Positions 12,801 to 24,800 of a stretch of 64,000 nt of DNA are shown here, in pieces. The translations under genes were made by a program, and so were the position numbers. Each line of letters opens with the position of its first letter. Position 1 is the stretch's first letter. Origin of the DNA: Macrostomum lignano (Eukaryota); assembly GCA_002269645.1 (NCBI GenBank), contig NIVC01003971.1, forward strand, positions 3,241 to 67,240, given 5' to 3'. The notes below the pieces were generated by a model, which saw only the letters and a list, made by a program, of their open reading frames with translations, had not been told where the DNA came from and searched no databases.

Positions 12801-15800
12801 TACCAAGTACAAGCATGTACATGTACAGGTAGATTTCAGTGAAGAGCATGGAGTTTGGCACTTTTTGTTGGCAAAATCCCCCAAAAAATCAGTACTGCTC
12901 AAAAAGGTAAGTTGGTACCAAAGTATCTCTACCGCTTGTTTCGCTCACCTTCCACGAAGCTCGACGAAAGAATAACACAACAGATGAGGCAAGCTGCCAG
13001 CTGCCGCATGCTGCCGCCAGTGACTGCTGCTGGGCTCTGGCGGACAATCTGCGACAACCGATATTCTGCTGCACTTCCCGATGCTGAGAATAGAAATCTG
13101 AGAGTTGGAAATTATGACCCCAGCTGCTAATTTATGGCACACAGCGCGATACTGTGGGCCGGCACTGGCTGGCCCGGCGGCTCCCCTCCGATTCTCCGTT
13201 TCTCCCTCCGCCGCACAATTGGTCCCCCGCTGGCCCAGTCTGATCCTCACCCCATCTCTCCGCCGCGGAGCCTCAAGTGGAAAAAGAAGCAGCAAAGCTG
13301 AGAGCCGCCGCTGGCAACAATGTAGCAGCGATGAGGAGGCGGAGAGGCAAGATGAAGCGGTCCACTCTGCCGCGGAGAAGAAGGAGGGTGAAGGAGAAGG
13401 CGGAGGAAGTGGAGGCCGCTTCCGGGAAAGTCTGCAGTTCGCTTCCGTGGCCGCGGTTTCTTCACACGCCGAGGGCGTCGGCAGCGGCCGCGAGCGAGGC
13501 TGCCCGGCTTGTTTGGTGGGTGAGGGAGCAGGAGGAGGAGGGTGGTGCAGGCGGCGTCTTGAGCAGTTTGGGGCGCGGCTGCAATCGGCCGTGGCAATTT
13601 CCTTGGCTGACATGAGCTAACTTTCTGTCGCCAAGGCGGGTGGGTCTCGCTCGGGCTTGAAGACTGGCAGCCGACCTGGGCCCGTCTGCGAAGGGATTTG
13701 TGCACACAAGCGCGGTGATTATGGTGCTGTTTATTCTTTAAGGGTCGCTGATACTCCCAACAATTAGAGCAGCGTGGCGTCACAGCGGTGCCTCATCCAT
13801 CATGAGCCCGGCGACTTGCAGGGGCAGCCTTGAGGATCCTGGCGCCGTTAGCGAAGAATTGATCTGTTAGAGAAGAAATATGGCCTGACTGTGCATTCCC
13901 TGCGATTAATAGCAAACTTTAATCACCTTGCCCAATGCTAAGGTAGACAGACCATCGGCTAAGCAAATTATCACTTGTCAATGCAGATGTACGAGTTAAA
14001 TGGGGTTTAAAGTGGTCAAACTTTTGCGCTGTACTCACGGAAGCAATTACACGTGCCCTGCGTTCCGCTCGGTTCTAGCTGTCACATTTGGCACCACAAG
14101 TACAACTTTTAGCCTTGCTTCGTTGTTTCAGGTGGGAGGTCTCCTTAGGTGAAATCCAGCGAATAAAGGACTCCCGTATCAGTACGTACTGTACTGTCGT
14201 ATGTGTGCAAATGCAATAAAAGAATGCCTATGACATCACACCTGCGGTACAATATGTAACGTTACACAGCTATCACAACTATTGTAATCGTGAATCACAG
14301 CTGAATAACCACAAGCACAGCGGTAGAATGCTTTCGCAGAGGATCTTATCTAACAACTAAGATGTACATGCTTGTATGTTACTGATGCGCGTGTACACGT
14401 GCTTCGGTTTTAGGCGTGTGGGGAAGGCCAAATAGGGAGCTTTTCGCTAAATGGCATGCATTACGCGGACTGAACTGTAAGTGCAGTGTACATAATTCAC
14501 AGGGCAGAACGTCGCTAAACGGATCCGGACTCGCGTCATCAACTGCGACATCGCTAGCTGGCTTTCCGGTTAGACCACCGAATTCCTGCTCCGTTACATG
14601 CGACTGCGACTCGACGACCAGCTCCGCCCAGACACAGAAGAGGCCACCATGTGGATGCGCATGTGGATGTGCAGGGGCGTCGCCATGAATTTTTATGGCG
14701 GGGGGCAAAAGCCAAGAAATCTATATGACTAAATTCCTACATTACTTTTAAGATTCGGTGTTTTGGCGCCACAGGCGCTTTTTGGCGCCTGAAGCAAAAT
14801 TGTTAGTTTCCAGAACGGATCACCAGGTGGGGCGTTGTCATTCGGCATTCCCCCATAGCTTTTACTGGGGACATGTTCTTCCCCCTTCCCCCCTGTTCGG
14901 ACCCTGACGACGGGAAGCAAGAAGCGTGCGTGCACGCGCTGTGCACGCCAGCAGCGACACCCCCGTCAGAGCTAGGAATGAATTGTCCGCATCGCAAAAC
15001 TGCTTGCACCGACATTTCTCACTAGCTTATGGCTCCAGCCGTACAAGCCGCTGTCAATTGTAAGGAGAATTTCAACACGCATCCTCATCAGTATTGACTC
15101 AGCGAGAGTACAAAGTGTTTAATTATTCGCTCTAAAAACGCCATGGATCAAACAAAGTTACGTGTACGTGTGTTAGTGCCCACTGCCCACCCCAGAAGAC
15201 GAACGCAGCAAGCTCAAGAGCAGCAAATGGCGCAGGAACAGCGAGGAGGTCAGGGAAGGCTGCCATGCACTCCCCCCCCCGTATATTTCAGACCGATTAC
15301 GAGAAAATATTCAAGCATTATTTACAACAGTTAGAACGGATCAAAGCAGGATTAAAAGAGTGACAGGATACGAAAAAAAATTTTTTTTCAATTGCAATGC
15401 GACAGAGAGGCCAAAGAGCCAACCGCGGGGTATAAAACCCCCCGCCACGACACCCCCCCCTCCCCAACACCGGGGGTGGGGGGAAGCCGCGGGGGAGGGG
15501 CAGGGGTGGGCAGCGTACACAAACGCCAGTTAGCGCAGCCCGCGCAAACTAGCCATATAGTCTACTGAAAAGAAATTATGTAACCATTTTACTTTATTCA
15601 TTAATTGCCTAATATTTACCAGGCAAAACACTATGAACTTAAAAATATATATTATTAAAATAATCAGAAGAAATCCATGTGCAATTTATTAATAACTCAT
15701 TTGAATTTTAAACATTTCAAAAAGTGGTGGCGGGGCTAGCATGTCTTACGGCCCCATTTTCCCAAGGATCACTGTATATACAGTGGTGCTTGATTTTCCT

Positions 15801-16575
15801 ACGCCAATGTTTTGAATGAATAAAAACTGACATGATCAAACTTGTGCTGTCTGTATTAATATAGCAATAAAATTGTCAGTATAAAAATGCAATATTTTTA
15901 ATTTACTAATAACAATAATAGCTATTTTTTGATCAAGTTGCAGTATCATTACAACTTGCTGCCACAGCTACACTAAACAGGATGAGTTTTGTTTTACTTT
16001 ACAAAAGTGAATACACATTTTGATTTTGCATTTTGCTCTAATTTTTAAAAAAGATTAACGAAAAAATAAAAAATAATTATTGTGTCGTTCCTGCGAGTCG
16101 CGACGGGGCCCGCGTTTGTGTCTTGACTTGAGTACCGTCTATCGTCTACTTTTTTTGCAATTATACCTCTCTGTTACTGGTTGTCTGGCTAGCTAGAGTG
16201 GTCCAACAGCTACAGACAGCTGTAACTAAACTAAGTAGTTAATTAAACGAAGTTAGAGTCCATGCTTTGCTGTCTGAAAGTGAAAGGTAGGGCCAAATCA
16301 ATAAAATAAGTCTAAGTCACAAGTGTCGAGCCTAATGCCTTATGGCTAGGGCCTATAGCTAGAGCTGTTGGATTATTTACATAAACTAGGCCTAAACTTA
16401 TAGGCCTATGATTTGATTAAGAAGTTTACTTTTATTATAATAAGAAAATTACAAACTACAAAGCATAACCAAAAATTATCTAATACATTCTAATTTAATT
16501 TGTAGCATGTTAATATCATCATCTTTGACTTTAGTTATCATAATATAGGGGAGGGGCCTACCTATTTCTATACTA

Positions 16576-16753
16576 CAGTAGCGGATCCAGAAAATTTTGA
16601 ACGGGTGGGCACAGACTACTAAGGTACATATATATTCATATCATGTACAAGTATATGTACATGATAATGTGTATTTCCATATAAAAAATCAAAAAAATCA
16701 AACTCAATGAAGGGGCATGCGCCCTGTACGCCTCCCCTCTAAATCCACTATTG
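16576..16753. mobile_element. Degenerate MITE-like element
   Basis: Imperfect terminal inverted repeats CAGTAGCGGATCCAG (16576-16590) and CTAAATCCACTATTG (16739-16753), 11/15 match. No clear TSD. Confidence 0.35.
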
Positions 16754-18444
16754 CAGTAATTGGATCAGCATTATTACTAGGGCCTAATGTAGGATGCAGA
16801 TTTGGTTTATTGTTACTTCTTTATGTTGATTAATATTGCACTGGTGGCTATACAACAATAGAATAATTAGCTTAAGTATTAGATGTGGCGTGGCTAAAAG
16901 TGGCAAAGATATGGCTAGAACTAGCAGAGACGTGGCTAGAACTATGGCGGAGAGAAAGCAAGTGACTTAACAAGGCAGTCAGAGCCTACAGGCTATATAG
17001 ACTCACAAAGGTGCGAGAGGCTAACAAAGTCTAACAGACAAAGGCCCCAGACGGGGTGCGGCGAAATTAAAGTCTAAATAACAAGATAGACAAGAGCGCC
17101 CGGAGCGAGAGGTAGAGCTAAAGGCAGAGCAAGAGACAAAAGGGATGAGCAAAATGACAAACAAAGTGAAAATGCCCCAAGTATACAGCCAGACAGAACT
17201 GATAAGGACCAGGCTAGGAGGGGGATGCAAGAGAAATTAATATAATTTATGCGGCATATTTCTATTGGCTAACTGCAAAAAACAGGAACAGAAATTATTG
17301 ATTGCACGCTGTACACAGAGTTTACAATTGTACGCAGTTGAATAAAATTCTTAGGGCACTACTTCAAGCAGATGTTAGAATACAAAACTGGCAATATTAA
17401 AGATTGGTACCATGTCAAAATGGCCCTTGGTAGGGCCACTAAAACTGACAGTGTCACAATAATAATTCATGCCAAACTAAAAAGAATCTATGATACAATG
17501 TCATTTTTTGCAAGTGTAATTTTGTTTATCAATCTTTTTAAGAAAAATAATATAGGGGCCTAGATAGAGTTTGCAGTTAAATACAATTAGCTGGCTATTA
17601 TGAGCCTATCCAATAATGATAATGTATTTGTTGTCTATTGAAATGTTTATTTATTATAAACAAAAAGTTAGGCCTAGTATACAAGTGTAGCCTATAAGTC
17701 AATATTTGGGTCACTTGGGAAAAATCAATATTTTAGATACACATAGGCCTATATTTGTATTTTAGTAAGTTCTTTATCTTTACTTATAACTAAAAGTACT
17801 TTTTAATATTTACAGATATTTGTTTTAATATTATATGTACTAGCATCTTACCTTAGTCTTAATATTCTAAGGTAAACAAAATGATTATATCATATTTTTG
17901 CAATTGCAAACAAAAGAATAGCAGATAAAACAACCATCATTGGTGTGTATATAAGTGTGTGCACTCCTGACTCCTAACCTAACCTAAGTAAGATAGGGGG
18001 CCTGGCCTAATAGGCCTAATGTAGGGCTCTTAGTCCATAGTTTGGAATACTATCTATAGTTCAAAATGCTATATTATATACCCTAGAAAAAACAACCAAT
18101 TTTTATGTATACTAATGTATACCAAATATATTACATTGTGCAAAGCTTCAAATTGTCAATTTTGAAACATTTAAGGCCTATTATCCAGGCATAGTTGGGA
18201 TCATATATTAGTGTATATTAGGTTTAATGCCATAAAAATAACAAGACCTCATGTATTATTATCTTATATATAATAGTCATATGGTCCCTATCTATGGCTT
18301 AATTATTAGCTTTCTTGAACTTTAGGTAGACAAAATAATTGCAGTTTTAATAGGATCATAATTTTGTCTCTATAAAAGTTTTTGATAGTGCTGATTTTAA
18401 ATTTGAGCTTCATCTTTTTGTAGCTTAATGCCAACTACCAGGGT

Positions 18445-18740
18445 ATAGGGAACATGGGTTTTAGAGTAGGGAGATTCTTCATAGGGATTGATTTTATGTA
18501 CCTAAACTTCAATAGAGATATAGGTCTATTGAAGATTAGGTAGATAAATTTAGCAAACTGAGGGGGTGAGGGGGCAAGTCTTGGGGGGGGGCAAGTCTCA
18601 AGGGGGGCTGACAACTGTCAACAACTGGAGCATAGGAAATGTGGGATTTTAGGGTGGGGAGAATCTTCATAGGGATTGATTTTATGTACCTAAACTTCAA
18701 TAAAGGCATAGAAGTCTATTAAAGATTAGGTTGATAAATT
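18445..18740. repeat. Diverged ~105-bp direct repeat pair, spaced 188 bp
   Basis: TCTTCATAGGGATTGATTTTATGTACCTAAACTTCAATA occurs twice, in blocks starting near 18469 and 18657, with diverged flanks. Confidence 0.85.
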
Positions 18741-19987
18741 CAAAGACTAAGGGGGGTCCTAGTAGGAAAATTGAAATAAAGCTTAAATTAAAAATTCAAC
18801 AATTTATCAAAAACACAACCACGGCGAAACAATTATAATCCTATCAAAACTAATTGATATTAGCAGCTATAGTTACTTTAGAATAGAGACAACATCGATT
18901 AGTAGAAATTAGTATAGGTAAACAAGCAAAGAATATACAGCTAGTAGTAATCAACAATGAGAGAACAATAGCAAATCAAAAAGTGGGTGGTGAAGGGTGG
19001 GTGGCAAACCATTAGTCAGCATTACTTTAAAAAAAGTAAACTGTCGTGGCACTCTTGTTGCACTATAACAAATTGAATGAAAAAATTAGAATAGACACTA
19101 TTTTTTTCAGAGATAAAATTTGAACCTTCTAAATGTTTTTAAGAATAAATTCATCACAAGTTTTGGGAAAAAAATTACATTAGAAAGTTATGATTCTAAA
19201 AAAGTTCAACTTTCAAACATACAATTTTCCAAAACTGCTTAGATCAAATTACCACTAGTTACTCAGGAGATTAACAAATCAACCTCCTGTTACCTCTGAG
19301 GGTAATTTTTTGCAGTTTTTTTGCTTTATTATCATTTTGGACAGCCTTAAAAAGTGGCAAAAATTTCATAAAAATTGGAAAATTGGAAATATCTTATGTA
19401 TCTAAATTCAAGAAAGCCCAATTTTTTTCCATTATAAAATAAATTATGAACAAAAAAATTGAAACAAAAATTTTATAGTCATTTTGTCTATTACCTTTTT
19501 ATCTTCAAGCAGATAAAATGACTTCCTAAGAAAGACATAAAATTTAGTTGCATGTATATATATTAGGAAGCTTTTTTTCTAATAAAAATAAGATATTGGT
19601 AAGCATATAAAAAGTAAAGTCTATCGAAATAGACAAATAAGAAACCTTGTTTTTTTGAAATTGTGGGAGGCAGGTTTTTTGAAGAAATATACTATAATAG
19701 AGATAGAAAGTTTTCATTTTTCAGCACAAAATTGTTATTGCTTTTGTAATTTTGATAGTAGGTAAGCATATCCTGATATTTATCTTCTAATATATTTTGC
19801 TTTTTAAACCTTATAGCTCTTGATATTCATAATGCTTTTTTGCAAGAAATCCTATTGGCTTATTACACTCTTTAAGAAGTAACATTGGGCGAGGGGGCAT
19901 TGTACAAGGTTAGTCTCAGGGCCTCTCTCAAACCACTCATTCTGCCTATGTTTTCCTATGAAATTAGATAAAAATAAATACATTTAG

Positions 19988-20267
19988 AAACATACATGCG
20001 CAACCCCCCTGATTTACACTGGCCATGGGACTTACTTTTTGACCAAAAATGCGACTTACCTGCGAAAGAAATCCTAAAGCAAAATTAACACAGTTTTGGG
20101 TAAACGGCAGGAGTAACTATGACTGTATTATCATTTAATAATATTTAATGCCTCGGCATCTAATTAGTACTACGTCCGTATTCTTTGGGGTGGCATTTTT
20201 GTGACTTACCCCTGGTCCACCACAATTTACGGTGGCCAGACCGGCCAGCAGTTGCGCATATATGTTT
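19988..20267. mobile_element. ~280-bp inverted-repeat-bounded segment (MITE-like) carrying a 28S rRNA-like core
   Basis: AAACATACATGCGCAAC (19988-20004) and GTTGCGCATATATGTTT (20251-20267) are 16/17 inverted repeats. Internal repeats: GACTTAC three times and ATTTAC..TGGCCA twice. No TSD recognised. Confidence 0.45.
20098..20168 (+). other. 28S (LSU) rRNA-derived fragment, H69-H71 region, with the central 15 bp replaced; not an rRNA gene
   Basis: 20098-20124 matches the conserved eukaryotic GGGTAAACGGCGGGAGTAACTATGACT at 26/27. 20147-20168 matches AATGCCTCGTCATCTAATTAGT at 21/22. The intervening CTCTTAAGGTAGCCA is replaced by a 22-nt AT-rich sequence. Confidence 0.85.
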
Positions 20268-21882
20268 AGAAGGCTGAGAACTTTGTTATTTAATAAATTA
20301 ATATTATAATTTTCTCTTATTATAATAGTTTAAAACATGCATGTTTCCTTGAAGTCAAGGAGATGCTTATGAAGCTCTTATGCATTTAAGTTACTTTTTA
20401 GAATAAGAAAAGCTAAGCAACCTCTTAGAAGTCACTATGTAATGATTTTATTTAAAATGTACATATCATTTGGCCAAGTCATTAGTTTTAATATCACTAT
20501 CAATTCCAAAAAATGCTTTCTAATAACTTCTATTTTTTAGAAGAGTAAAATTTTATCAATTACAAATAGAGCCACCCTCTTAGACTCTGGTAAGCTGCAG
20601 GCTTTAGCCTTTAGCCAGGCTTTAAGCCTTTTAGCTTTGGGGTTAGGATCATTGCTAAGACCTGATAACAATTGTTGTAAATGGCTAACACTTGAAAATT
20701 GACAGTGTTAGACAATAGAAAGAACTTGTAGATGGTAGGACTATGGTGCTGAATTAATATGCGTTCACAAATGGCTCTTAGGAATATACACATTTTTTCT
20801 TTCTATGATCAAAAGACTCAACTGTTCCAACAACTCAGCTTGCTGTACACAGATTTCTCATCAATGGTATCCTCTTCGAGGTTTGTTTTGTTTTCTAAAA
20901 TTGAGGACAAATTCTAGTTAGCATTCTCTAACTCCTTTGAGCATGTAGCAAATAGTACTAATCATATATGCCCAACACCTGTCCAACCCATCCAAACCAG
21001 ACAGGTGAAATTGCCACCAGCCAAGGTAAGTTGCAAAATCGAAAATGCAAAAAATAAAATTGGGGGAAAGAAAGAAAGGAGAGAAAGAGAAAAGGAAAAG
21101 AAAGGCGGGAGAAAAGAGAGAGAGCGGAAGAGGAAAGAGAAAGAGAAGAAAAGAGAAAAAGGCAAGAAAGGTCATATACAAAATGAAAATTAAGTTGAAA
21201 TCGAGAGGAACTAGTCACAATTGGGAGAAACAAAGTCGCAAATCTGGACACACGGCGCCCTCTGATTTCCCATTAACGCCCTTAAAAAGCATGGGTATTA
21301 ATGTACTGAGAACATCTTGGGACAATGCTTTAGCCAAGCAAGTATGTTTCCAAGCTGCAAAAATATGCACAACTTACTTTTGACTAACAAATTTCACAAA
21401 ACTGCTTTGTAAGAGAAGAGTCTCATTCACTGTCATAGAATGGCTATCTCAAGTTTGTCAGCAGAGGGCATATTATTGGTTAAAATGTTTACTTGCAAAT
21501 TGGATGCATGCCTAAAAAAGCAGCTCAAGTTGTCTCACAGCTAGTGCATTAATTTCTGGGAAGCTGGCAACAATATAACTCTTAAAAAAAGAGATTTCAT
21601 CCTCCTTGTAACAATGTGTGACACTCTCACAGCAACTCTAGGTGGATGTCAGGGTTGTTGGCTGCTCTTTACCTGCCCCCCCCCCCTGCTGCTCCCCCTG
21701 CTGCTCCAGCTCCAGGTACGCCATGGTTGACCTGGTTGCGCCAAACCCCTCATAACTCCCTGGCAGAATCTCAGCTAGATTCCCAAATCCCATTTCAGCC
21801 AGAAATTGCCAGCTGAGCAGCAAGAGCGGCCTGCATCAACTCACAGGGCAACTCACTGCCGGATCGTTAACTTGCTGTCTCT

Positions 21883-24800
21883 ATGGCTACCAAATTGATT
21901 TGGCTGCTCCTGCTGTTTGCAGTTCAATCGGCTTTGGCCATTTTGGACAACGACGAGAATAAGGGCAACGACCAGCTGAACGTGACCCTGGTGACCCGCA
22001 ATTTTCCTATCCTGTTCGACGAGAACTTTGTGCTTCAGTGCACCCCGAGTGCCGAAATTGCCGATCAAGTGACCAAAATCTACTTCTCATGGAGATACGG
22101 GGCGCTGAGCAACTCCTCAGACGTAACCCCGGTGCTGGATTTCGGCAACGGGACTTTGGTCTTCACCAGGGTGGGCGTGAATTATGGCGACGTGTGGTGC
22201 CACGCCAAGCTGCTGAATGGCACCGTTCTCAAGGGGAGCGTTCTCTTCGTGCCCTTCTACCCTCCCGTCTTCTCGCCGCATATGGAGACTGGGAAGGTGT
22301 CCAACACCTTTTCGTATCGGCAGGAGCTCAAGCCGGGCTATGAGGCTGAGCTGTACTGCAGTGGCCAATGCTCATGCTCATTCGAATTGGATTGGTGAGT
22401 CTGATCCCAGTGGAGCTCAAATGAGGCGGAGTCTGATCCCCAAATGGAGCTCAAATTAGGCTGAGTTTGATCCCCAAATGGAGCTCAAATTAGGCTGAGT
22501 TTGATCCCAGTGGAGCTCAAATTAGTCTGAGTTTGATCCCAGTAGAGCTCAAATTAGTCTGAGTCTGATCCCAATGGAGCTCAAATTAGGCTGAGTCTGA
22601 TCCCAATGGAGCTCAAATTAGGCTGAGTCTGATCCCAATGGAGCTCAAATTAGGCTGAGTCTGATCCCAATGGAGCTCAAATTAGGCTGAGTCTGATCCC
22701 AATGGAGCTCAAATTAGGCTGAGTCTGATCCCAATGGAGCTCAAATTAGGCTGAGTCTGATCCCAATGGAGCTCAAATTAGGCGGAGTCTGATCCCAATG
22801 GAGCTCAAATTAGGCTGAGTCTGATCCCAGTGGAGCTCAAATTAGTCTGAGTCTGATCCCAATGGAGCTCAAATTAGGCTGAGTCTGATCCCAATGGAGC
22901 TCAAATTAGGCGGAGTCTGATCCCAATGGAGCTCAAATTAGGCTGAGTCTGATCCCAATGGAACTCAAATTAGGCGGAGTCTGATCCCAATGGAGCTCAA
23001 ATTAGGCTGAGTCTGATCCCAATAGAACTCAAATTAGGCGGAGTCTGATCCCAATGGAGCTCAAATTAGGCTGAGTCTGATCCCAATGGAGCTCAAATTA
23101 GGCTGAGTCTGATCCCAATGGAGCTCAAATTAGGCTGAGTCTGATCCCAATAGAACTCAAATTAGGCGGAGTCTTTGATGTCTCTGAGACTCAGCTAAGT
23201 TAATTCAAAGCTCTGTCTTCATCCAACCCGGCAGGCTGATCCGCATTGATGGCGCCGAAGCAGAGAAGCTGCAACTGGGCACAGATGTGCAGCGACTCTT
23301 GACCTCCCTGGTGTGGCACTCGAAACCCAGCGCATACAGGCTGGAATTTCAGCAGTCTGCCGGGCGGTCCAAAAAAGTTACGAGGATTGTGCGAGTCGGA
23401 TCTCGAGTGCAGGTCTGTTGCTCTCTGCTCGGTTGGGTGCTGTAGGGACTGAGTAGGGTGCTGTAGGTACTGAGTAGGGTGCTGTAGGGACTGAGTAGGG
23501 TGCTTTAGGTACTAAGTGTAGAAAAGTTAATGCGATATGGTGCTAGGCAGGCATGAAGAATAACTCAAGGGCCGCTTGCACTTAGCAGGGCCGAATTATA
23601 TTTGGCTTTGACTAATTGCGTAATAAATCAATTATTGAAGTGAGTGGTTGGCTGTACGTACTTGTACGGGGCAGTGATAGCGCTGGACCAAGTGAGCGAG
23701 GGAGAGAGAGAGGGAGGCAGATGTACACTGCCCCACACTAAGTAGGGTATTGTAGGGACTGAGTAGGGTGCTGTAGGGACTGAGTAGGGTGCCGTATGGA
23801 CTGAGTAGGGTGCTGTAGGGACTGAGTAGGGTGCTGTATGGACTGAGTAGGGTGCTGTAGGGACTGAGTAGGGTGCTGTATGGACTGAGTAGGGTGCTGT
23901 AGGGACTGAGTAGGGTGCTGTATGGACTGAGTAGGGTGCTGTAGGGACTGGGTAGGGTGCTGTAGGGACTGAGTAGGGTGCTGTATGGACTGAGTAGGGT
24001 GCTGTAGGGACTGAGTAGGGTGCTGTAGGGACTGGGTAGGGTGCTGTATGGACTGAGTAGGGTGCTGTAGGGACTGGGTAGGGTGCTGTAGGGACTGAGT
24101 AGGGTGCCGTATGGACTGAGTAGGGTGCTGTAGGGACTGGGTAGGGTGCTGTAGGGACTGGGTAGGGTGTTGTAGGGACTGAGTAAGGTGCTGAGTCTTC
24201 TGCAATTCATTTTCTACAACCTGAATTTATGCAGGTTTTGTGCCGCCTCCGAGCTCTCACTGGGCCTACGATGATAGAACTGAATCCCGTGCTGCTGTAT
24301 GCGCCGCATTCCGCAGTCGGAACCTTTGACATCATCTTGGCGCCGCCGCCAGAGACTTTGACAACAACAGCGCCAGTTATAGAGACCTGCCATCCTCTCA
24401 GCTCGTTTTTGCCCAAGAGCCACGGCTGCTGGCCTCACCTGGGACACCTGGCTGTCAACGGGACCCGGGCTGTTCGTGAGCGGCTACTGAACTCGTCAGC
24501 GGTGCTGCCCGAGGCCGCGGCAAACTCCGCCGATGTGCTCGGTCCGCACATGACCCACTGCACTGCGCTGGCTCAGGTGCGTTGATGAGGCTGGATTCCC
24601 ACATCCCACTCCCATCATGATGAGGCTGGATTCCCAGACCCCACTCCCATCATAATGAGGCTGGATTCCCACATCCCACTCTCATCATGATGAGGCTGGA
24701 TTCCCACACCCCACTCCCATCATAATGAGGCTGGATTCTCAGATCCCACTCCCATCATGATGTGGCTGGATTCTCAGATCCCACTCCCATTATGATGTGG

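Noticed and set aside
12100-13870. Several GC-rich ORFs and exon-like segments upstream of the BAMBI-like gene
   Set aside because: Low complexity, no recognisable domain, stops in all plausible spliced frames. Probably UTR or regulatory sequence.
14672-14968. MITE-like CAGGGGCGTCGCCA start with a possible degenerate partner near 14955-14968, and an adjacent LRPDTEEATMWMRMW peptide reminiscent of a hAT C-terminus
   Set aside because: The inverted-repeat match is only ~9/13, there is no TSD, and the peptide is too short to support.
15070-15091. Hammerhead-like CTGATGAG...GAAA on the minus strand
   Set aside because: Stem II does not pair beyond two G-U pairs, and no stem III/UH could be formed.
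15770-15785. Palindrome CACTG-TATATA-CAGTG resembling back-to-back Tc1/mariner ends
   Set aside because: No matching opposite ends were found in the window.
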